DNA of 64,000 nt from the NCBI RefSeq assembly GCF_006345805.1, contig NC_043001.1, positions 120,156,001-120,220,000 on the forward strand, read 5' to 3'. The notes under the pieces were generated by a model. The model did no database searches, was not told the origin of the DNA, and worked only from the letters and a program-made list of their open reading frames with translations. Every line of letters begins with the position of its first letter. Within the stretch, counting starts at the first letter, position 1. The DNA is from Octopus sinensis. Taxonomy: Eukaryota. A program made the position numbers and the translations under genes. Shown here piece by piece: positions 53,343 through 64,000 of the stretch.

Positions 53343-53403
53343 GATAGAACTCCGAGTTTCGGATGTCGCGGCGGAAATCCACGCGGGCATCTCTTCAGTT
53401 ATC
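53343..53403 (-). ncRNA. Degenerate type I hammerhead ribozyme
   Basis: GAUAA-CUGAAGA-GAUG CC CGCG UGGA(UU)UCCG C CGCG A CAUC C-GAA-ACUC(G)GAGU-U-CUAUC; A.C mismatch next to the core. Confidence 0.68.
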
Positions 53404-53940
53404 GAGCCATCGAAAAAAAAATGCTTTGAAAATGACCGTTATAACAAAGGGAAATTACTGTGTGATTGACTGTTATTAAGACAAAAGAGAAATTAGAATG
53501 ACCGCTAAGTAAGGGGAGGGAGTAAAGTTAAGGGAGTAAAAATGTTTGTAGTAATCGCGTAAGCGCCCATGTCCATACATAAACATGCGCGCCCGCACAC
53601 CCACATACATGCGCCCATATGTATATACTCATCCACCCTCACTTGAAACACACACATTTAATCATGTCACACATATGAAGGCTAATATAACTATAAGTGT
53701 TATTAATTGCTGGTAGAGACACCGTATTTCGTTATGCAGTCATAATATATTACCAAGTATATTAAAGGATTATAATTAATATGTTAAATGCTAATGTATT
53801 TCATTTACAAGATATCCATTCTATCACAGCCACACATTCACACACTCATACATACACACATACAAACATACACATGTACATACATACATATTCACACACA
53901 CACACACACACACATATAATGGTGAAACCTAACTCTAGAT

Positions 53941-54194
53941 CAGTGTTTCTTAACTATTATTTGTCTAGGGATTCTTTGATTCCCATTTTACTCGGATGGG
54001 ACCCCATGGATATTTTATGTTTAAAATATCCAATTATATTTTTCTAGTTAAATATTATTAGGATTTCTATTCAAAAATTCTTAAAATATTTGGGGATTAC
54101 AGAAGTATAACCAAATTTTGCACATAAATTTTAACAAAATCTTATGTGGTCCCCTATGGGATGGGTCAAGTGGACCCCCAGTTGAGAACCATTG
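53941..54194. mobile_element. hAT (Charlie-type) MITE
   Basis: TIRs CAGTGTTTCTTAAC / GTTGAGAACCATTG; perfect 8-bp TSD CTCTAGAT at 53933-53940 and 54195-54202. Confidence 0.9.
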
Positions 54195-54469
54195 CTCTAG
54201 ATTGATCAGTGTGGAGAAAAGGAATGCAAGACGTAAGGAGAGAATAACGTAGTACTGTGAACATAACAAATACTCCTAGTAGTGAAATTTCCCCAAACCC
54301 CAAATGAAAGCCAGCGATGCAGTCTGAAAATTTGAAAGGCTTTTATATTATTATTAATGAATTTTAATTGAGACAAAGTTGAAGGTCTACACTCCATCTG
54401 CATTGTCTTCGTTGCTATATAAATATGTAACTACCTGCCTCATTTACCAGAGACATGGGAAGAAACTGG

Positions 54470-54800
54470 GACGATTTTACTAACACAACCTTCTACATGT
54501 TGAAGCCTTGGAACGCAATCAGTCTAACAGCACAACGTCTTTATCACTTTAGCACTGATTGGATGGGGCAACTATGTGGCCAGAACTGAAGACGATCAGA
54601 TACCAAAGTAATTTCCGTATGGTAAATTAGTGAAAGACCAGAACACAAAATGGAATTAAGGTAACAGGAGTGCATCATGATTATACGATTATACTGGAGA
54701 AGCTCAGTGTCTTTGAATATTGATCAGAAAACTTCACTCTAGCCTGATCATCGTGGACAAAAGCAGTGCATGATGTTAGAAGAGAATTCAGTCAAACCCT
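54470..54800 (+). mobile_element. Old RTE LINE C-terminal fragment
   Basis: GWGNYVARTEDDQIPK*FPYGKLV (from 54561) and WTKAVHDVRREF resemble the RTE WAGHV.RM.D.RIPK..LYGEL block. Confidence 0.6.
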
Positions 54801-55004
54801 ATCCAACATGAAGAGCTCCAGTGAGCTGTTCATAAGGATCTTGATGTTAAATTGTCTGACTATCAGAACACAACCCAATCTAAAATGTAACTTGATGCAA
54901 CCCTCAGGCATCATTCTGCCGACCAGCGTCTTTGTCTGTAGCTGTACTGTCGCGTGATGCGTCTTTGTTTTGCAGTACTTCTCTCCTGTTCGTCGATATT
55001 TGCG

Positions 55005-55317
55005 ATGGCGGAAACGAAGGAACAGCGTGCTTCCGTGAAATTCTGTTTTCTGCCGGGTAAAACGGCGGCCGAAACAGTTGTCATGCTTCAAACAGCTTAT
55101 AAGGACGCTGCCATGAGTAAAACACAAGTTTAAAGTGGTTTCCACGCTTTAGGAAAGCCCACTTGTCGCTTGAAGACGAACCTCTTTTAGGACGACAGTC
55201 GACCTACCGAACGAATGAAAACATCAAGAAAATTCATGAACTGATCTTGGAAGACCGTCACCGAACAATTGACAAACTTGTTGATATAACTGGTGTTTCC
55301 TGGAGCTCCTGCCAACT
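55005..55317 (+). mobile_element. Mariner transposase 5' fragment
   Basis: MAETKEQRASVKFCFLPGKTAAETVVML...(frameshift)KWFPRFRK...EDEP..GRQST..NENIKKIHELILEDRHRTI. Confidence 0.9.
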
Positions 55318-55519
55318 CTTACAAAAGTAGTGAGATTGCCTTATAGACTTCGTTTGAAGGTATTAGAAGATAAACACACACGTGTGTGTCTGTGTGTGTC
55401 TGTGTGTGTGTGTGTGGTGTGTGTGTGTGTGTGTAATAATGTAATAATTTGGTGAGGAAGTGGGGCTGTCAATTCTTTCTTTCTTTCTATCGATCTTCCT
55501 TTTTTTATCCTTGCGTTTT

Positions 55520-55885
55520 TATGTATATCTTTCAGTCTCTGGACTGCAGCCATGCCGAGGCACTACCTTGAAGACTTTCAGTCGAATGAATCGATGCCTC
55601 TACTTAACTTTTTAAGCCTGGTGCTTGTTCCAGTTATCTCTTATGCTGAGCGGCAAAGCTACGGGGACGTAAAGAAACCAACACCGATTGTCAAGCGGTG
55701 GTGAGGAACAAATATAAACATAAAGACGCACAAATATAAGTATATACATTTATATATACAATATATATATATACATATATATATGCATATATATATATAA
55801 TATATATATATATATATAATATATATATATATTATATATATATATATGTGTATATATATATATATTATATATATATATATATATA

Positions 55886-55934
<49 letters not shown>

Positions 55935-56060
55935 GACTGGCTTCTTTCAGCTAACATGTACCAAATCTACTTACAAGTCTTCTGTCGGCCCGAGGCTTTA
56001 GTAGGAGAAACTTGCCCAAGATGCCACACTGTGGAACTGAATTTGCAACCATGTGATAAG
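55520..56060 (-). mobile_element. SINE (family A) with long internal (TA)n
   Basis: Modules match 41441-41860. Confidence 0.72.
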
Positions 56061-57275
56061 CTTTAAATTCTTTAGAATTAATAGAAGAGCTTATTAATGG
56101 CAGTATTAGAGATAAAGTATGGCTGACATCTATGTAGAGAGAGGGTGAGCAGTGCTGTATGGAATTAAATAAAGGAACCCTGTAACTCATTAATGTAAGG
56201 CAGTTTTTTCAAGTAAAGGGGGATCGGAATGTTGATGTATAAAAGATTATATAAATACGTAAACGTTTTGAAAAATCAAAAAATAGATTACTGAAAAAAT
56301 GATCAGCTTTATTAAATTGTGTGATTGATAAAGTGATTATGCATTACGTTGGAAATCGTTTGATAATAAAATTTAATTAAAAAGTATGAAATTTAAAGTA
56401 TAAAAATAATAATAAATACTTCTATATGTTTAAATTTATAATTTTCTTTTTATCTTAAACATTATATAAATATAAAGGATATTAGTCGCCTAAGTAATTA
56501 GAAGCTAAGTAATGATAACAGTTTGTTTTTATCAATAATAATGATGAACAAAGCCTTTTATCAATGACAATAATGATTTTAGTATGTGCATCAGTTCCTT
56601 CTATGCTCTCGATCCCAATGGACTGCAAGTTGACGCCACTGGTTTCTGTTGGCTGCAGTTTTCTTAGCATCTGGCTATGTTATATTGTACTCTTTCGCGA
56701 CGGATATGAATGTCTGTTATGAACAGAGTGAAGGTATGTATATACAATATGACAGATTAAACCTGTTGGGAGAAGCAACACTAACAAGATCGATTAATTT
56801 GTATATTTATTTTGCTCTTGCATTTTATCAGAATTTTATATAATTTAATTTAAAAATCAAAAGTAGCATACACGAGAGTAATAGTAATAAAGCTAACAAT
56901 ACTGTAAGTAACATAACCATAGATTGCATGCAGAGACGTAGCGCACGACGATACAAAAATGGTAAGAAGGTAAGAAAATCCATAAGGAAAAAACAATTGG
57001 ATTTACAAATACCTTCTAATAATGGAATAATACTAGAGAGTTTAAGATAAGTGATAAGTTGAAGAATTAATTTTGCGAAGAATATAGTTTGAAGATCAAG
57101 ACAAATATGAGAGGACAGTTGTTAGGTGTAAGATGTAGGATTAGAATATATAGGGTGATTAAAAAAAATTATCATAAAAATTATATAAGAAAATACCTAG
57201 ATTAACTTACTCATCCAACCTTAGCACTAGTCAAAAGGGATAAACATCTCTCTAGTAAATATCCATTAATGTTAT

Positions 57276-57312
57276 ATCGTCTGAAGAAATGAATCCATGA
57301 AATGTACACGAT
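57276..57312 (+). ncRNA. Degenerate minimal hammerhead-like fold
   Basis: AUCGU-CUGAAGA-A-AUG(AAUC)CAU-GAA-AUGU-A-(C)-ACGAU; one extra nt before the stem I 3' strand. Confidence 0.45.
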
Positions 57313-57960
57313 GCCCACAGATTCTACGGACGACACTGTAAACATCCCAGGAGTACGGACTGTGATCTTAAGAGACGTGTGATTTGTGGAAACGCGCGTA
57401 GCGATGCATTAAAAGTTTACAACTTCCATCCAAGGATTATTGTTATCTCTTATTATAAAAGGCAGATTTTATCTGCCTCCCTTTGGGAGTTATAGAAATC
57501 TACAATATACGATTTCTTCAATTACAATTTACCTAGCATTTTTAAGAGTACAATGCATCGCGTCATGCCAGGTCCAGTTTTTAAAATTTAAACTCCAATT
57601 AAGCAAAATTTACAGAAAACTCACATTCTGGTGTGTGTGTCAAATGCTTTTCTTAGTCTGGTTTACACCACACGCAAACGCACACACACAGTGGGCAACG
57701 AATAAAATGAAAGTAATTGACTTACTGTAGTGAGTGATTCTTTCACTCTGCCTCCCACTTCCTCTTTCCACACATAGACACGCAAATATATAAATAAAAT
57801 TGTAAGCTAACGTGCGTGTGTGTGAGTGGGTGTATGTGGGTGTGCGTGTGTGTGTGTGTGTGTGAGGGTGCGTGTGTGTGTGTGTGTGTGCGTGTGCGTG
57901 AGTGTGTGACAGGAAAGTTTTTTACGACGAATATAACACCTATATCCAAGTAGCAGAAAG

Positions 57961-58225
57961 ATAAGACAGTAAGGTGTGATTTGAGGGAGATTTGGCTGCT
58001 ATTTCTACCATGTCTAGCTGCCATGTAGGGGTCTCCCTCATAGGCTCATACATACATATATACATAGATAAGACAGTAAGGTGTGATTTGGGGGAAATTT
58101 GGCTGCTATTTCTACCAGGTCTAGCTACCATGTAGAGGTCCCTCTCATTGACTCATATATATATACATACATAAGACAGTAAGGTGTGATTTGAGGGAGA
58201 TTTGGCTGCTGTTTCTACCAGGTCT
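57961..58225 (+). repeat. Tandem triplication of a ~105-bp unit
   Basis: ATAAGACAGTAAGGTGTGATTTG starts at 57961, 58068, 58171. Confidence 0.92.
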
Positions 58226-58292
58226 GTTAGGCCTTCTCATGTAAACTCAAGCTTTCTCATGCCTTGAACATAAGACCAAAGCAGAGAATGTA

Positions 58293-58500
58293 TTCTTTTA
58301 TTCTTCTACTTTTTCCAGCCATTGGTCTGTGGCCATGCTGGGGCAATGCCTTGAAGAATTGTAGTTTAATGAATCAACTCCACTTTTATTTTTGTAAGCA
58401 TTGTACTTATTCTATCTGTTTCCTTTGTCAAACCACTAGGTGACAGGGATGTAAATAAACCAACATTCGTTGTCAAGCAGTGGTGGAGGACAATCACAAG
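58293..58500 (-). mobile_element. SINE (family A) 3' part
   Basis: Matches the family A tail. Confidence 0.65.
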
Positions 58501-58590
58501 CACAGACACGCACACACACACACATACATGCATACACATATACACACATACATACATACATACATATATATATATGTGTGTATATATATA

Positions 58591-58849
58591 TTGCAGCGTG
58601 GAAGGTGTTTGTAAGCCATTTAAGAAACACACAAAAACCGTTACATTCACTTCAACATTTAAATTTAATTTGCCAAAATATTTTCGTCGCTTTGAGACCG
58701 CGACCTGTTCACTGACAAAAATATCGTGCTAACAGGTCGCGGTCTCAAAGCGATGAAAATATTTTGACAAATTAAATTTAAATGTTGAAGTGAATCTAAC
58801 GGTTTTTGTGTGTTTCTTAAATGGCTTATAAACACCTTCAACGCTGCAA
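58591..58849. mobile_element. Near-perfect palindromic element: 119-bp arms, 21-bp spacer
   Basis: 58591-58709 vs 58731-58849 are reverse-complementary with 5 mismatches counted by eye. Confidence 0.95.
58669..58719 (-). ncRNA. Type I hammerhead fold with G3/C8 core swap
   Basis: UUUGUCA-GUGAACA-G-GUCGC(GGUCUCAAA)GCGAC-GAA-AAUAUU-U-UGGCAAA. Confidence 0.72.
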
Positions 58850-59011
58850 CTGTTTTCGTTCCAGCACACGATCTCAGATCAACTCACTTGCTATGCAAGT
58901 ACATCTCTGTAACTATATATATATTTATATATATATATATATGTATATTGGTAAAAACAGTAAGATAACAAAAGAAAGAAAGAGACCTCAATATTATGTA
59001 AATAGAGGAAA

Positions 59012-59406
59012 TCTTTATATATAAAAGTGAGGTTGTGTGTCTGTCTCCTACGATTTAGATTCATAACTACTCCCACATTTTGCGGTGCAGTTTAACCAAA
59101 ACCGGGTATCTTATAGTCGTGATTCATATCGAGACCGTCTGGGTATTAGCGCGCGTCTACGATGAGTCTACGATTTAAAAAAAAAATTACCATCAATTTT
59201 TCCCATTTTTAATCCATTTTTGACATATATAAGGGAAGTAACTCTCTAAAATTTATTATTAAATCTCAGAACGTAAAAAGCTACAGTAACACCCCTCCCC
59301 CTTTGTGGTTAGCCATATTGAGATGGCTATTATACTTTACATCTCTAAAAATGCTTATATAATTATTTCCCTTACAAACCCGAGCAACGCCGGGCGATAC
59401 TGCTAG
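59012..59406 (+). mobile_element. Non-autonomous Helitron
   Basis: A|TC 5' start (TCTTTATATATAAAAG), subterminal hairpin CCCGAGCAACGCCGGG at 59379-59394, CTAG|T 3' end. Confidence 0.85.
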
Positions 59407-59569
59407 TTATTACTATATTTATTCTACATTATATCGCTACAGCTCGATACGAACTCCAAAACCGGTTAACCAGTCAGCATCAATAGTGCGGCTGCCGTAA
59501 TGGAATAGGAAATGTCTTTGCATATTCAACACGTTTTCCGTAGACAAATTTAAAATATATATATATACA

Positions 59570-59830
59570 TGAAGGCGCGTGGCCTAGAGGTTAGGCTGTT
59601 ACACTCACGATCGCTAGATAGATGGTTCGATTCTCTGACTGGATGTTGTGTTCTTGAGCAAAACGCTTCATTTCACGTCGCTCCTGTGCCCCTTGGATTG
59701 GGTGCGGGGAATGTTATCCTACTCGCCTAGCCAGCGTGGTGGTGGCGTCATTTGAAGGCTAAAACAATGCAAAAACGCATTGTGGCCAGTGATGTGTAAC
59801 AACATCAGACAGCCTGGTGGGTCACGTGAT
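59570..59830 (+). mobile_element. tRNA-derived SINE (family D)
   Basis: TGGCCTAGAGG A box, GGTTCGATTCT B box, TTGAGCAAAACGCTTCA block. Confidence 0.65.
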
Positions 59831-59836
59831 CAAGTG

Positions 59837-59872
<36 letters not shown>

Positions 59873-62040
59873 GTGTGTGTGTGTGTTTGCTTATATGTGC
59901 GCAGGTGTATTTGTGCCTTTGAATAAGTTAGATAAGCAGTAAGGCCAAATTTCGTTTTTCATCGGAGTATTCCAGCTGTTTGAACAGCTAAACTACTGTA
60001 GTCATCTGTGCTCTGAAACCAGTTCTCAGGCAGAGATCCCGTTTTAAGACTGGTCCACTCAATAGTATATACTGTCCACCCAATAATACTCACAAGAACT
60101 GAGTTTTTAAAACTTAATACTTGCTCGAGAAGTCACACGTTATGATCACACCAGATATATTGTTTGCGATGCGAACCACTCTTCTCTTGGGCCATATTTT
60201 CTTCTCCCACCCCTCAAAAACAATTAAATAAATATAAGGCAAGTGTTCTTACTTTTCCGCCATATTTGTATAAACCGTACAACTGAGAGGTGATTGAACA
60301 AAACAAAAACTCTTGACTTTACAATAACATAACAATAATGGAGAAAATGTCAGAGAGGAAATTGTTCATATCATTTCCTTTCTATTGTGCAAGTAGCATG
60401 CATAAATTCTGCGTTGAACAACCAAACGCCCCTTGTGTTCACAATGTCAATTTAATTACTTTTTTTTTTGTTTTTTTTGTTTTAAAATCTTCTTCCGAAG
60501 AATAGTTGGTGAATTTCGTGTCGTCATCTTCTGCTGTCAACTGCTTAAATTGTCTCCAGCAGCATCTCGAGGATTTCATTTCCTTTTTAGTTTTTTTATA
60601 ACTGTCTGTCTTTGTACGCGGATGTGATTATTTTAGTCATACGTCATTTTTTTTTTCTCACATTGCCTCTGCCTCTATTTCGCAATCTTTCTTCGTTGTT
60701 TCTTTCATTCTATTTATCTATCTATGCATCACTCTCCTTCCCTCTCTCCTTACCACTCCTCTCTCTCTCCTACTCTCTCTCTCTCTGTGCGTATGTGTGA
60801 TTCTGTCTCTCAATATCAACATATCTAAGTATTTCTATACTAGTTTATTTCTGTCCACTTCTCTGTAAGATGTTTGTAAAATGTTCTATCTATCTTAGCC
60901 TGCGTGTCAGATCGTCTTATGTCTGTCTGTTCGTCCCTATGTTTGTTAATCTACCTATCTGTCGATTCTGTCTATCACATGGTCTAGTGTGCTAACTACC
61001 TATCTGTTGTTGTGTATATACAACTGCCAATCATTCTATTTATGCAGAATCTGAGGGATGAAGGTGGGGATCTGCGTCTGTGAAGGTAATCCAGATAAGT
61101 TGAACTATGACATAAATTAACAGCAACAAGAAATTAAACAAGGTATTACGTCGCAAGGGGGGAAAAAAACAGTCATCAACGTTTCGAGAAAGAAGACTTT
61201 TGTCATGAATTTTGAAATGTAAAAGATTTAGAGAAAAAAATTATATGTATTATTGTACAAGCATGGTTATCAAACGACCGACGGAAGCTGACAGCGGCAG
61301 AGAAAAGTGTAATAAGGGTGATTGTCGGTCAGACGCAAAGATGGAGAAAATTGGAATAAAGTCTAGAGGCAGGAAGTGGAGGTTGAAGTATGTATGTGTG
61401 AGCGGAAATATGTGTTGTTTGAGCAAGTGGTACGAGGAATAAGACAGTAGGTATGCGTGTGTTAGTTGAAGAGGGGCAGAAATAAAGAGTTAACGGAAGG
61501 AGATAAACAGGAGACATTTCTATCGATACTGCAGTATGCATTTGTTAGCGAGTAGATAGAAAATTCGGACAGTGCATATGCGAACGTGTGCTAGAAGAAA
61601 ACTGAAAAGATTAGTGATTTCGTCAGCAAAAGCGTCTCGAAAGGGGAGGATCAACTTCCATTTGAGGGCAACTTAGTTGGATGACTGAGGCACATGAGAA
61701 AGATAAAAGACAAATGATGATGATGATGATGATGATGATGATTAAGGAAGGAATCTGGTCTGCAAAATGGGTGTGAGAAAACCGCTGCCGTTGTGTCGCA
61801 CTTCCGACCGATGCTATATACATCGATCAGTTAAACTTCAACCGATTTTACTTCCAAAGGTACACCTAATAACAAAGGTTACACTTTGAGGCTGTAAATA
61901 TATTGATCAGGGAATTGTAAAGTGAGCCTCAAACATACCTTCCAGGGTGGTACTGCATATTTATGTCTGTAAGAATGTATGTAGGTATAAGTGTAGATGT
62001 TTGCATGTATATCCGCCTGTGTGCGTGATATTTTATAATA

Positions 62041-62258
62041 AGATGGGGGTGCTGATAGGTTTCTGGTTTTGGGTAAAAGAATATAAAGGAAGATCAGTTA
62101 ATTACGATTTTATACAACAAATTCCTCTCTCAGATTCTCAGACTTATTACAGCGGTCCTTCAGCTTTTCTAAGCCCTGTAAAAGAGCTCAGAAGACTGGG
62201 CCTCCACCCAGGCCCTTTGCTATACCCTTAAAACCAGGAACTTTTCAGCAACCCTTCG
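62041..62258. mobile_element. Mariner-type MITE, second copy
   Basis: Colinear with 51958-52175, flanked by TA. Confidence 0.8.
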
Positions 62259-62897
62259 TAGGTTTGATAAACGCATAAATTCATTGCAGGCATGTCAGTG
62301 TTTTAAGAAGTTTGCTTCCCAACCACTTGGTTCCGGATTCGGTCCGAAAATGATTTCGGAACAAATTACCTTTACATTGGTTAGCTTTACAAGATTAAAT
62401 GACGTTATAATATAAGCAATATTATTTTACCGAATAAAAATAGATTTAGTTAAATACATGAAATAAATATATGAATGACCTCAAGTTAAATTAAATATTA
62501 CACATACCAAAATTATTGCTTGACAGTTAAATTTTGTATAATGTTCATCATTCAAATTATGTGATATATTTACTGTACACCTGCAATCTTGCCCCAATAA
62601 AAATTTCGAGAATTATGAGGTTATCTCTATTACTATAAAGTTCATTAATTAGCAAACACCACTTCGTACATATGTACATTGTTACATAGTTTTAATAACA
62701 GTATTATCGCAATGACGTCTTTCGCTGATTTCAGATGTTTTAGAATATTTTATGTCGAAACCTTACAACCTACGAATTCGCTGTCAACCATAATGGTATT
62801 AATATGATTTATCACAGAATTATGTAATAATATTGAATTACTCAAAACAAAGCAATAAATGCCAAGCGATAAGGTATGGTAAATATATCTATAAATA

Positions 62898-62936
<39 letters not shown>

Positions 62937-63080
62937 CATGCGTGTGTATGTATATACATAAATATAAATATAACTATAAATATATATATATATATAATAT
63001 ATATATATATGAATTTTTTGCGTAATGAGATAAAAAACACCAAGGCTGTATAGATATTAGAGCATTTATATAGATAGAAG

Positions 63081-63135
63081 GTCTTATAGCTGTTTCTAGA
63101 ATATTAATTAATAATAATATCCCTTCATCGGAGAC
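63081..63135 (-). ncRNA. Degenerate type I hammerhead (U4C)
   Basis: GUCU-CCGAUGA-A-GGGAUAUUA(8 nt)UAAUAUUCU-A-GAA-ACAGCUAU-A-AGAC. Confidence 0.62.
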
Positions 63136-63683
63136 GGGTTAAGTCATAGTTAGTTTGAATGTGATATACATATATATATACACACATACATATGTGTGTG
63201 CGTTTGTGTGTGTGTGCCTGTGCCCGTTACTATACATACATATACTAAGTTAAGCAGAACATTGAAAGAAATACGACATATTTATATACGTGAATATACA
63301 TTAGTGTAAAAACACATGATACTGTTTTAACCTGTGAAATATCGATCAATTTCCAAATCGGTTATGTCATCTCTTAGTTATTTCGAAGCGTTGTGCACCT
63401 TTGTGCATAAATTTTATGCCTAGGGTTGCTCTAGAGAAACGACAGAAATTCCGAATTACGTCAATAAACAACAGAACTGTAAATGTTTTTGATAAAATTC
63501 CAGCTAAATCAAATAAGTCGCACTACTGTTGATTCATGTTACCGGCAGAGCGATATCATGAAGATTCTTTGAACACAATGCATCATACGTTTGAAAGATA
63601 AATTCAAGATACTTATTAAAGAAATAATGAATACAAGATTGTACATACACACTCGCGCATACACACACACATACATGCACATG

Positions 63684-63689
<6 letters not shown>

Positions 63690-63728
<39 letters not shown>

Positions 63729-63884
63729 GTGCTCATATACACATAGGTATTATCTTTTTACCTGAAGCATTTTATCTTGCCCAGGGCTAATGAATATCTT
63801 CAGTATTTATGTTTTTCTCTCAATGTAAATCCAAATTTACTTGTCTTTATCTGTCTTCATTTTAAATATTTTCAGTTGTTTACA

Positions 63885-63929
<45 letters not shown>

Positions 63930-64000
63930 TATATATACACATGTGCTCATATACACATAGGTATTATCTTTTTACCTGAAGCATTTTATCTTGCCCAGGG
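63690..64000. repeat. Local direct duplication, period 214 bp
   Basis: 63723-63786 is identical to 63937-64000, each preceded by (TA)n. Confidence 0.85.

Overview
AT-rich animal (eukaryotic) non-coding DNA, most likely from an octopus. The evidence for that is the SINE/LINE repertoire and extreme (TA)n/(CA)n/(TATG)n density; the taxon is inferred, not proven. No host protein-coding gene, rRNA, intact tRNA or CRISPR array is supported, and almost all ORF-track entries are translated microsatellites. The window is a transposon mosaic: two CR1-like LINE families (four copies), one RTE LINE plus fragments, a decayed Penelope-like element (RT + GIY-YIG), Tc1 and mariner remnants, mariner and hAT MITEs, a non-autonomous Helitron, foldback elements and many tRNA-derived SINEs. 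The main unexpected signal is about a dozen type I hammerhead-ribozyme (HHR) folds in at least seven unrelated short repeats. They include (i) a tRNA-headed SINE with an internal HHR, in two copies, each with an inverted copy of its own 3' end at its 5' side; (ii) a ~468-nt HHR-delimited tandem unit resembling a retrozyme; (iii) a palindromic element whose HHR has a compensatory G3-C8 swap of the conserved tertiary C3-G8 pair; and (iv) families with A6U and A10.1/A11.1 core variants. All folds were parsed by eye, and none has been tested for activity or searched against databases.
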